Shown: piece by piece, positions 1 through 8,165 of the stretch | Layout of the letters: each line of letters starts with the position of its first letter | Numbering within the stretch: the stretch's first letter is position 1 | IMG/VR virus record: IMGVR_UViG_3300038797_000110 | Span: 1-34,485 of that record | Reading direction: 5' to 3' (one strand) | Source: a virus | Lineage: Duplodnaviria > Caudoviricetes | DNA: 34,485 nucleotides | Notes under the pieces: generated by a model | Told to the model about the DNA's origin: nothing | The model's input: only the letters and a program-made list of their open reading frames with translations | Databases searched by the model: none | Position numbers and translations under genes: made by a program

Positions 1-255
1 TTAGTAGGTGTGCTCATCGCGCTTCTTGACCTCCTCGATGTTGACAATTTTCACGCTGCCGTCCCAGTCGAACAGGATCCGGTAGTTACCAACTCTAAGC
101 CGGTAACCATAAATGTGATTGGCCAGCGCCTTGACGCTTTGAACGTGTGGCATGTGCGCCAACGCCTGAGCAGCATCGTAAACCTTTGGCTGATCAACCT
201 TGTCGATTTTCCTGAGTTGCTTCACGGCTTTGCGTGACCAGTTGATGGTGTTCAT
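1..255 (-). CDS. RelE/ParE (HigB-like) type II toxin, host side of the junction
   Basis: ~84 aa with I-x-W-S-x-x-A-x-K-Q-L N-terminus and YRLRVGNYRILF motif typical of the RelE superfamily. ATG at 255 (GTG at 261 alternative). The antitoxin would lie downstream, outside the window. Confidence 0.8.
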   Translation of the reverse strand: MNTINWSRKAVKQLRKIDKVDQPKVYDAAQALAHMPHVQSVKALANHIYGYRLRVGNYRILFDWDGSVKIVNIEEVKKRDEHTY

Positions 256-566
256 ATCCACGCCAGCCTTATAAGTAAACTATAAGAATCGAATAAGTTG
301 AAGAGAAGACTTCGTTAGCGTAGACGAGGTTGACGAACGGAGCTCCCCGGTTCAAGCGGGACCATTGCCCGGCTGTGTTTCCAGGTTTTACCGGGCAAGC
401 CTTGCCCGGTTGGCTTGCATAGCGCAGCGTTCGTCGTATTTCTGCTGGTCAAGCGACCTTGCGCTCGCTAGAATTGCGCACTTTTTGATCAGAGGCGCTA
501 AAAAGCGCCCGTCAAGATCGCCCGCGATTCCGGCCGGGCGACCTGCATTCAATACCGAGGTTAGTC

Positions 567-623
567 ATGTCCACCACGCCCGCCACCCCCAAGGTAGGTT
601 TCGTAAGCCTGGGTTGCCCTTAG
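567..623 (+). pseudogene. rimO: Stranded native 5' end of rimO (18 codons, then TAG from phage DNA)
   Basis: GAGG RBS then ATG, translating MSTTPATPKVGFVSLGCP*. This is the RimO N-terminal GFVSLGCPK motif, and it joins seamlessly to [10 protein letters not shown] at 34360. Confidence 0.9.
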
Positions 624-639
624 GAAACTCAATCTATAC
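592..639. other. attL (host B arm + phage P' arm), shared core TGCCCT at 615-620
   Basis: rimO coding stops exactly after TGCCCT; the same hexamer occurs at 34354-34359 in the restored gene. Confidence 0.85.
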
Positions 640-911
640 AAATTCCTCCGCTGTGGCCGCTCCATAAAGCAGGCAAGCCTCACCGCATTTTACCTACCCT
701 CTACCGCAAAACACGCACACCGAGCGTACACCTACCTTGAGACAGAGAGACCGCCTCGTTTCCTCGCAAGCTTAAAATCTCGAGTGGTCGCTGCGTGTCA
801 CGCTACGCGAAGAAAGCCCCGCGTTGGGCATAGGACGCTTGATAACCCCCGTCCACCCGGTTTAGCCTCCCTACCCTAGAGAAAAAGGAGACTTGCTTCC
901 GGTTCGCCTCC

Positions 912-940
912 TTGTACCCCGTTCACAATAATCATAGAAT
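912..940 (+). promoter_or_regulatory. sigma70-type promoter for the accessory gene at 962
   Basis: TTGTAC-N17-TAGAAT, 21 nt upstream of the ATG, with an AAGGA RBS. Confidence 0.6.
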
Positions 941-961
941 TTTTAATCAAGGAACGAGAAA

Positions 962-1750
962 ATGCTCATCTATGAAATAACAGTTCCAGGAACGTGGTTG
1001 GATTATGAAGATACGCAATGGGCGTGGAACGTAGAACAGCTAATATCAAATCTTAGATACCAGTTTTATAGTGCAAACGTCGCATTAAATCTATTTGAGA
1101 GTGCTAGACAAGACGCCATTGCAAACCCTCCAACCATTAACCAGGAGCAATGGGAACGCGATCGTGAGCGCCAACAAGAACTAGCTCGTGAAGAGTTAGC
1201 CAAGCTCAACCCAAAAGATCGACGCGAAGCTAATTTCCTGGCAGACATTCGCTTAAAAAGGGAAAAGTGGCAAGATGGCGACCTTCCATCAGATCTAAAG
1301 CGCCGCGAGAAATTTCTCCATGCTCAGACTTTCATCACCGCACTCGATTTCTTTGACAAGATACTGCGCACATTAGCGAAAACAGAAAACATACCTGAAC
1401 CGCTGAAACAACTGCCCGCAAAATTTTCAGAAAGTTTTCCAGACCTTCGCGAGGTACGAAATTCCAATCAACATTTGGAAGATCGAATCCGACTACTTGG
1501 AACTCCTGTTAGAGGTCGCCCAACACCCCTAGTTACTCAGCCAGTTGTAAACGGTCTCGTAAATGCACCAGAGGGTGGAGTATTGATCACCAACTCTCTA
1601 AACGGCACAAAATTCTTCTGCACGTTGGCGGATGGGACTTGTGGAGAGGTAGATATCTCCCCTGAATCAATGGCTCTGCTGCAGGACATTTTTAATGATG
1701 TACTGCTCTCATTTAAATGGTGTGGGCAAAAAGACCATTGGCCAAAATAA
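962..1750 (+). CDS. Accessory hypothetical protein with HEPN-like RxxxxH motif (candidate Abi/defence RNase)
   Basis: 262 aa, low GC, own promoter and RBS; DLREVRNSNQHLED motif (R166-H171) in a helical-looking context. Confidence 0.6.
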   Translation: MLIYEITVPGTWLDYEDTQWAWNVEQLISNLRYQFYSANVALNLFESARQDAIANPPTINQEQWERDRERQQELAREELAKLNPKDRREANFLADIRLKREKWQDGDLPSDLKRREKFLHAQTFITALDFFDKILRTLAKTENIPEPLKQLPAKFSESFPDLREVRNSNQHLEDRIRLLGTPVRGRPTPLVTQPVVNGLVNAPEGGVLITNSLNGTKFFCTLADGTCGEVDISPESMALLQDIFNDVLLSFKWCGQKDHWPK

Positions 1751-1825
1751 GTTCCTCGATTTTGGTCGAGAACACGTGATGTTTATGAAGTAGGAAATTT
1801 TAGTGAAGTTGAACTGGAGATAACA

Positions 1826-2205
1826 ATGAGTAATCCCGCCCCCGTCCTGCCCTACCCAAAATCGATGTCAGGAAGGATGGTCGATACTGGAGGGTGGATT
1901 GGGACTACCAAGAGGCGCCGGAGAGTCGAGTTCTGTTCGATAAAGCAAATTTCCTTGATGGATACATATGCGGACTACTCGATGCCCTAGGCGCTTCTGC
2001 TGGCACTATTTGCTGTCCCTCCGCTCGCACCGGCACGGTAAAAAAGGTGAATGAAGAAACCGCTCAGAAGCTTGGCGGATTACTCAAAAACCTCCTACAT
2101 TCACACGTGGAAGCGGAACACCGCCGGCTGGTGAATAGAGAAAGCCTACCGCATTCGAAACTCCGCGCCGAGCGAGAAAAAACGTACGCAGAAGGATCAG
2201 AATAG
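1826..2205 (+). CDS. Accessory hypothetical protein split by a -1 frameshift (programmed or pseudogene), ~126 aa if fused
   Basis: GGAG RBS + ATG at 1826. The 0 frame stops at 1990; the -1 frame is open 1834-2205; C CCA AAA at 1855-1861. Confidence 0.5.
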
Positions 2206-2254
2206 TAGGAACGAAGGTGTGACACTCTCATCCCATTCCAAAAATTAATGATCA

Positions 2255-2660
2255 TTTGTGAAATCGGTGAATTCGTTTTGAGGCCTCGGTTTACGCGGGG
2301 ATGCAGGCCGGTAGGAATATTTTCGCCATGAGAGCATTTGCGTCTAAATTCACTGATCCAAAAAAGGAAAATTGGCCAAAACTGAGATTTTCCTTTTTTT
2401 TTCCAATGAAACCGAGCGCCCCAGCTCTACCCTTCCGCGACCACACCCTGCTCCGCTATGCCACCGCACTGCGCTTCCCTACAAAACTTTGCACTCTGTG
2501 AAATCGTCAATGGCTTGCAGAGCCCCGCGGCCCGTCTGGGCTGCCGGTTCTTTTGCATTACCTCCCGATTTGCACAAAAAAAGGACGCGAAGGCCGTCGG
2601 CGGGAGGGGGATAAGTGATTTTTGGTCCGGTTTTTTTTCCTGGGAGCGATTTTTCAGCCG
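2255..2660. other. Non-coding region, probable cos/packaging site
   Basis: No credible ORF. Contains A/T tracts, repeated TGTGAAATCG and TTTGCA words, a 13-bp inverted repeat (2360-2372/2387-2399) and G-rich GGCCGTCGGCGGGAGGGGG (2592-2610) loosely resembling the P2 cos GGCGAGGCGGGGAAAGCAC. Position between tail genes and att fits HP1-type organisation. Confidence 0.45.
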
Positions 2661-2691
2661 GGCCGGCTCATAGGCGCCAGTGATGGGACGC

Positions 2692-2700
2692 TGCTATAGT
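2692..2700 (+). promoter_or_regulatory. Extended -10 promoter for the 2730/3424 gene pair
   Basis: TGcTATAGT about 30 nt upstream of the ATG at 2730. Confidence 0.45.
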
Positions 2701-2729
2701 CGGAGGTCCTACCGCAAGGGGCCAGATTC

Positions 2730-3392
2730 ATGAACGGACGTCTGTATCGCTACAGTTCGCAGAAGTACAACGACATGCTGATGAATGAGGGGACGACCAG
2801 GATCGGGACCTTGTTTGATTTTCGGAGGAGCGAACACAAGGCCGGCATCGCCGATCCCTCAGAGGGGAAGAAGCTTGTCTTCCATGATGTCCACGACTGG
2901 GCCATCGACAATGAGATTCCTGGCCTTCCAAGCAAGACAATGCGAGCTATGAGCGAGGTCGGAATGATCAAGTTCGCGCCCGGAGGAGGGCAGCGAATGA
3001 CTGGTGTTCGCATCGCCCGGGACATTCAAACCCCCGATTACTTTATCCACTGTTCGGCGCACAAGCTGTCGCGCGAAGTCATGAAACAGTTCGAAGGTGC
3101 GGACAGTTGCGTAGAGCTGAAAAGTCCGGGCGAGTTCTACGGTCATTTAACTGAGGCATTAAATAAAATTGTACCTGTCCGTTTTGAGGGCTTGCACATA
3201 ATTAAGTACTCAGATCGGGAGGAGGAATGGAATGGAAAAGACTATGGGACGCCCGGTCTCCTCATAAAAGAATTAGAGTTTGAGGGGCAGTGTGAGGTCA
3301 GAGCAATCTGGACACCACTCACCGACAAACCTATTGAGCCAGTAATCGTGCGAAACATGAATATAACCAAGCACCTGCGACGTGTGATGTAG
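2730..3392 (+). CDS. Accessory protein with DUF2971/ADP-ribosyltransferase-like motif pattern
   Basis: 220 aa: LYRY near the N-terminus, YFIHCS, IKY, and IKELEFEGQCEVR near the C-terminus (R7/S109/Q187-x-E189). Confidence 0.5.
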   Translation: MNGRLYRYSSQKYNDMLMNEGTTRIGTLFDFRRSEHKAGIADPSEGKKLVFHDVHDWAIDNEIPGLPSKTMRAMSEVGMIKFAPGGGQRMTGVRIARDIQTPDYFIHCSAHKLSREVMKQFEGADSCVELKSPGEFYGHLTEALNKIVPVRFEGLHIIKYSDREEEWNGKDYGTPGLLIKELEFEGQCEVRAIWTPLTDKPIEPVIVRNMNITKHLRRVM

Positions 3393-3423
3393 GTTGTTAG
3401 AGTGCAATAAAGGAGATTGAGGT

Positions 3424-3762
3424 ATGTTTGTTTATTCATCTCAGGATGGAGTTACAAGAAGTTCTCGCGATATTATCAAAGAGCTTTGCGGTAGGTTTGA
3501 CGACCCTACTATTGGTGAGGTTCTTAATAAGGCGGGGTATACCAAAAGCTTGCTGGTGGGAGAAGGGTCAATCGCAGCTATTGAGTTGCACATTAAGGAA
3601 GGGATCAGCGGCGAAGAGCCTCAAGCGATAGCCCTGGTGTCGCTAGGAGGCGTTATAGAAACATATGTTACTGAGGATTTTCATGATCTAATGATGTTCA
3701 TGAAAGAGTTCGCACCACTTATCGAATCCATCATCCGAGCAGACCGACTGTACGACGAATAA
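3424..3762 (+). CDS. Small acidic hypothetical protein, probably co-transcribed with 2730-3392
   Basis: 112 aa, strong AGGAG/GAGG RBS, 31-nt gap, followed by a terminator. Confidence 0.7.
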   Translation: MFVYSSQDGVTRSSRDIIKELCGRFDDPTIGEVLNKAGYTKSLLVGEGSIAAIELHIKEGISGEEPQAIALVSLGGVIETYVTEDFHDLMMFMKEFAPLIESIIRADRLYDE

Positions 3763-3763
3763 T

Positions 3764-3789
3764 AAAAAGCCCGCTATGCGGGCTTCTTT
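3764..3789. terminator. Bidirectional intrinsic terminator between cargo and late tail operon
   Basis: AAAAAGCCCGC-TAT-GCGGGCTTCTTT between convergent genes. Confidence 0.8.
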
Positions 3790-3800
3790 GAACTTGGCAA

Positions 3801-4547
3801 TTACACAGCGATGCCGAGCCGTGCCATTCGCTTCTTAATCACCGCAGCCAACTGGGTGATCTCGTCGTCAGTAAGCGCTGCCGAGTAAATGGCCACAAAG
3901 CTGATGTCCGTTTCGCCCAGGAAAGTTGTCCCATATCCCCCGCCGATCCGTAGCGGTGAAGAGGAAGTGACGCGCTGAGTTGCCAGCGATTGGTTTGAAC
4001 TGACACCGGTGGTCAGGTTCATCACTTTGGTACCAGCGGCCCCGCTGGAGCGCAGAGCACGCAGCGCCCAGCTGGTCGGCACGTCTGCCATGGTTGCTTG
4101 GGATGAAGTGGTCCCAGTCCCCTCAGTGTTCTGCCGCCAGGCCTGGCCGCCCAAGGTTGCATCGGTCTGGTGGTAGATACACACCCCGCCATTACCCAGC
4201 GAGCTGTTGGACTGCCCTGCATAGTTGCCTACATAGGGGGCTGCAGTTGGCGTGCCGGTACCGCCGAGAGCGCCTGGCACCTTGCCGACAACCAGAATGG
4301 TGAACTGGTCTGTTTCAGCGATCAGGGTTTCCAAGTAGTTGGATCCGCCCTTGAACCGAGCGTGCGTTGGAAAGACGGTTGGAATACCCACCAACTTGGC
4401 ATTGCCCTTACCAGGCGCACGGTTGTAGCCGATGCGATCCAGCGCAGTATCGAAACAGAACCAGCCTTCCAGCGATCGGGTAACTGGTGGAATAACCTTG
4501 GTGTACCAGGGAGCCAGCGAACCAGGGGAAATCAGTTTAAGTCCCAT
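3801..4547 (-). CDS. Tail-associated beta-sandwich (ConA/LamG-like) protein
   Basis: 248 aa, Gly/Thr/Ser-rich; C-terminal LRIGG...GETDISFVAIYSAALTDDEI is typical of LamG-like domains; last gene of the late operon. Confidence 0.55.
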   Translation of the reverse strand: MGLKLISPGSLAPWYTKVIPPVTRSLEGWFCFDTALDRIGYNRAPGKGNAKLVGIPTVFPTHARFKGGSNYLETLIAETDQFTILVVGKVPGALGGTGTPTAAPYVGNYAGQSNSSLGNGGVCIYHQTDATLGGQAWRQNTEGTGTTSSQATMADVPTSWALRALRSSGAAGTKVMNLTTGVSSNQSLATQRVTSSSPLRIGGGYGTTFLGETDISFVAIYSAALTDDEITQLAAVIKKRMARLGIAV

Positions 4548-4557
4548 ATTGTTGCCC

Positions 4558-6525
4558 TTAAATTAGATCAAGTTTGGCGGCGGCGATGTAGGGCGCGATA
4601 CCCTGGAACAAACGCAGACGGTTGCAGCCAACGGGGTGAGTGTTGTCAGTCATTTCTACTTTTGAGATTCCAGTAAGCGGGTCAATTATATCATTGCCCG
4701 TATTGTATCCGGTCTCAGGGTTGGCAAAAGTCCAGGAGGGAACTAGTATGTTTTTCGAGTTGTTCAGTGCGTTTAAGTTCGCCATTACTGCCCGGATCAT
4801 CGGGATATAACGGCTTGTCCATTGTGGGTTTCGGGTCCGGTTGTACGGCAGCCCCGGAAGCCAGCGCACGATCTTCACATTCGGCCACGCTGCCCTGATA
4901 CGCTCCATCATCAAATTTTCATTGTCGAGAACATAGGCGTACAGGTCGTTCGAGTTGGTAACTCGAATAAATTCGTTCATGCCCAAGCCGTACACAATAA
5001 TATCGGGTGTCGGCAGCGAAAAACGCGATTGATAGAACGCAAAGTCAACAACATAACCATTCCGAACAATGGCAGCGGGGTCGCTCTCAGTTGCTTTGCG
5101 TATGAATGGGTTGTTGTTCCGGCGCTGCACCTTGGACATGCTCAGGTAGGCCGCTTCATTACCAGGCTCCAATGGAATGTTGAACTCCGCCATGTCGGCA
5201 TAGGTGTAGTTGCCGGTGGAGAACCCTTCGCGGCACTCCCCCAGCGGCCCTTCCATGTTGTTTGGGTTGCCGGCATCGACCGAACCCTGGAACGTGCCGA
5301 TGAAGTTGGCAGTGAAGCCGACGGCGGTCAGCGACTGCTGCAGGATCTGTGCGCCCTGGCGGTTGCTGATGCTGTCGCCGATCATCAGGACGTTGGGTGC
5401 GCTGCCCGGGAACGGCCCCGCCGGCAGCTCAGTCATTGCCAGCTCCATGATGTGGTGCGTCAGTCCGTTGTCTCGGTCCCGCAGCTTGAGGCGAGCACTG
5501 GAGCCGAATCGGGAAGCTTGCACCACCAGCTCGCGCGTCGAGGTCTGCGATTCCGTGGTGGTGTGGCTTGAGATCGAGGCCACTACGCCTGTGTCGTCTT
5601 CCCGGGGCGCGATCATGCTGCTGACGTCCAGGTGCAACGGGACGTTGGGTGCCGTGACGATTTTCGGGGCGAAGAACACGCCGCCGGCCAGGGCCTCGGT
5701 CAACTTGGGCTCCAGGGTTTCAGGTGCTTCGCCCGGGTCGGACAGCTCCTGAAGGATGCCGTTTTCCTCGTCGGTCACGTAGAGGCCCGGCAAAGAGGTC
5801 ATACCCAGCATGAGCGGACCGAGATGCAGGTACTGGTCATCGCCGTGGATGAACATGGACCCTTCGCTGTCGTAGATTCCAACTGCGTTGCCGTCTACGT
5901 AGGCCTCAAATGCCGGCGTGCTGGTCCGGTCCGAGGTGATGCGCAGGTACTGGCCACCTTCCTCGTCGGCCAGGCCAACACCGGGCTCCTCCACACCGGA
6001 CTGGCTGGTGAGCGTGGTTTTGACCACTTTGGTGATCGCGTCGACCGCCTCGGTAGACGGGGAGCGTTTCACGGCTACCCCAAGGCCGGCTTCATTCCGG
6101 TACAGGATCGTGAACCCGATGTTGTCCGGGTCGACTACCTGGAAGTAGCGACCCAGCGCGGTTTCCGTCAAACCGTCCGCCACGGTTGGGAAGATGCCGG
6201 CCCCCTTGTAGGCGGCGTCGCGGGCATTCTCGGCTTGCAGGGCTGCGTGCTGAGCCGCTGCTAGGTGAGCATCTGCATCTTTGAACTGGACAGGGATGCG
6301 GTAGTCGCGCAGACCTTTGCGCACGCGCAGATCGTAAAGGCCGTCAGGGGCAGCGAACTGAAACTGGCCCAGATCATCGGTGTTGAAGGGGTTGCTGAGG
6401 GGCATGCCTGTTGGGCGCTGCAACCCGCCCACCAGCATTTCAGTCCCGCGCATGTAGACGTGGCACAGCGCGGCGTTGAGGACGTTGCCGTCGTCGTCCA
6501 GGGCGACAAAGCTTTTCAGTTCCAT
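4558..6525 (-). CDS. Tailspike-like protein with C-terminal SGNH/GDSL hydrolase
   Basis: 655 aa: VLMIGDSIS (block I), GLGMNE (block III), DNTHP (block V); N-terminal phage-type anchoring region. Confidence 0.75.
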   Translation of the reverse strand: MELKSFVALDDDGNVLNAALCHVYMRGTEMLVGGLQRPTGMPLSNPFNTDDLGQFQFAAPDGLYDLRVRKGLRDYRIPVQFKDADAHLAAAQHAALQAENARDAAYKGAGIFPTVADGLTETALGRYFQVVDPDNIGFTILYRNEAGLGVAVKRSPSTEAVDAITKVVKTTLTSQSGVEEPGVGLADEEGGQYLRITSDRTSTPAFEAYVDGNAVGIYDSEGSMFIHGDDQYLHLGPLMLGMTSLPGLYVTDEENGILQELSDPGEAPETLEPKLTEALAGGVFFAPKIVTAPNVPLHLDVSSMIAPREDDTGVVASISSHTTTESQTSTRELVVQASRFGSSARLKLRDRDNGLTHHIMELAMTELPAGPFPGSAPNVLMIGDSISNRQGAQILQQSLTAVGFTANFIGTFQGSVDAGNPNNMEGPLGECREGFSTGNYTYADMAEFNIPLEPGNEAAYLSMSKVQRRNNNPFIRKATESDPAAIVRNGYVVDFAFYQSRFSLPTPDIIVYGLGMNEFIRVTNSNDLYAYVLDNENLMMERIRAAWPNVKIVRWLPGLPYNRTRNPQWTSRYIPMIRAVMANLNALNNSKNILVPSWTFANPETGYNTGNDIIDPLTGISKVEMTDNTHPVGCNRLRLFQGIAPYIAAAKLDLI

Positions 6526-6534
6526 AAGTGATCC

Positions 6535-7488
6535 TTACGCGGTAATCGGTTTGAGCTGGAGAGCCAACAATTCCGCGCTGGCGGCTTTGGCTGTGAATTG
6601 GGCGGCATCGCTTGAGGTGGGCGCAGGCCCGGGAACGTGGGTGTGGGTTGCCAACTGGGCGGCCAGCTGTTGTACCAGGTCGATCAGGTCGCACAGCACC
6701 TGCAGCACGTTCACTGATTCAGAGCCGAGCCAGGTGGTGGTCGCAATGCTTCGGCGAGCGGCCTGGACACGCTCCTGGAGATCTCCACCCACTGTCAGGT
6801 TCAGCTTTTTGCCCACCACCTGGTTGAGGTCGCGCCCCGTGGACAAGCCCAGGTCATCGATCGCCGCCAGTGACGCGGCGCCGGCGGACAGCAGCTTCAG
6901 CGCGCCCAGCGCCTCGATTTTCTTGATACCGCCCACCGACTCGGTGGAATGGTCGTCTACGGTGCGGCTGTGGCTCTGGTACTGCTCCGTATTGGTGAGG
7001 CTTTCCACCTCCCGATCGGTGGACTTGTCACGGATCCGGCCATCGGTTTGGCGGGTCCAGTCGCCGTTGGCCTCGACGCGCTGCTGTGAGGCCTCGCTGT
7101 GCTGCCATACCTGATCCCCTTTGGGCAAGCTGGGCAGGGATAGGCCGTGCGGCAGGATGCACTGGATAAATGGCTTGTGCGGCAGGCCTTGGGCGAACGA
7201 AACAACCACCTTGGTGCCTTCCTCTGGGAAGCTGTAGAAGCCCATTTCATCGCCACCGGTTGGCACCGGTACCGGCACGCCGGCCAGCAGCGGCATGGAT
7301 TCGTCAGGTTCGTTGTCCTGGTCCAGGACCTGCAGGTCCACGGCAAAGCGCGGACGGAACTCGTCGCAGATGCCGGCACCGGCCGGGGCGTCGGCCACGG
7401 CCACGACCTGGGCGAAACGCGGCAAGTGGTAGCCACCGCTCAGCTCGGGAAACATGCGCTCTACACAGCGCCGGATTGCGTCTTCCAT
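6535..7488 (-). CDS. Baseplate central spike (gpV/gp5-like)
   Basis: OB-fold-like N-terminus (PEEGTKVVVSF), beta-repeat region and C-terminal THTH metal-binding tip. Confidence 0.7.
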   Translation of the reverse strand: MEDAIRRCVERMFPELSGGYHLPRFAQVVAVADAPAGAGICDEFRPRFAVDLQVLDQDNEPDESMPLLAGVPVPVPTGGDEMGFYSFPEEGTKVVVSFAQGLPHKPFIQCILPHGLSLPSLPKGDQVWQHSEASQQRVEANGDWTRQTDGRIRDKSTDREVESLTNTEQYQSHSRTVDDHSTESVGGIKKIEALGALKLLSAGAASLAAIDDLGLSTGRDLNQVVGKKLNLTVGGDLQERVQAARRSIATTTWLGSESVNVLQVLCDLIDLVQQLAAQLATHTHVPGPAPTSSDAAQFTAKAASAELLALQLKPITA

Positions 7489-8165
7489 TTGATCGCCATT
7501 TCGGTACCGACGAGTGCCACCGAAGTGACCCGCTCGCCCTGATTGATGGTGGCACCAGGACGCAGCCCGGGAAGGGCCGCGATCACGGCGCTCTGGTTGC
7601 CCTGGTAGTTGTTGAACAGCTGGACCGGCAGCTGCAGCGGCGATCGATCGCCAAAGAAGCTGTGCGCCCAGCTGCCGACGAAGACTTCGCCGTCGCCCTG
7701 CTGCTGCCAGACCAGGTCGGGGATTGTGAAAACTCGGGCCAGGCTGTCCATGGCCTGGAAACCGGACGCCAGGCTGTAGAAGTACGGCGCCTTGGTTGTG
7801 GCGTAGGGCTGCGCTGGCACACGGAAGCGCAGGCCGGTCTCATCGCTGATAGCTGCCAGCACGGTGCGCAGATCGGCATGGCGCAGGTTCAGTGGCAGGG
7901 GGTTGGCCAGGATCGCGGCCAGCTCGCGGCAGTACAGCACCTGCTCCAGCTGGTTCACGGCGGTGCTGCGCTCGACGTAGCCGATGAAGTGGCGCTGTAA
8001 GGTCGCCTCGTTGTAGCCAATGTCGAGCGTGACCAGGCCGGATACAGGATCGGTGGCCTGAACGGTGAACTGGGCGCGGCCGGGGGTGGCAAGGTCCAAG
8101 CGGACATCATCTTTGACCAGGACGTGCTCGATGCCGGCGATACGCAAAACCTTATGCAGCTTCAC
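7461..8165 (-). CDS. Baseplate hub-like protein (gpD-like)
   Basis: 234 aa, translationally coupled, directly upstream of the spike gene. Confidence 0.55.
   Translation of the reverse strand: MKLHKVLRIAGIEHVLVKDDVRLDLATPGRAQFTVQATDPVSGLVTLDIGYNEATLQRHFIGYVERSTAVNQLEQVLYCRELAAILANPLPLNLRHADLRTVLAAISDETGLRFRVPAQPYATTKAPYFYSLASGFQAMDSLARVFTIPDLVWQQQGDGEVFVGSWAHSFFGDRSPLQLPVQLFNNYQGNQSAVIAALPGLRPGATINQGERVTSVALVGTEMAIKWKTQSGAV

Noticed and set aside
365-667. 100-aa ORF spanning attL
   Set aside because: Crosses the rimO promoter and the host/phage junction out of frame with rimO; no RBS or motif.
2301-2673. Three short overlapping ORFs in the putative cos region
   Set aside because: Low-complexity translations of A/T tracts with no RBS; better explained as non-coding.
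2742-2755. CTGTATCGCTACAG resembling an SOS box
   Set aside because: Spacing is CTG-N8-CAG rather than N10, and it lies inside a CDS.
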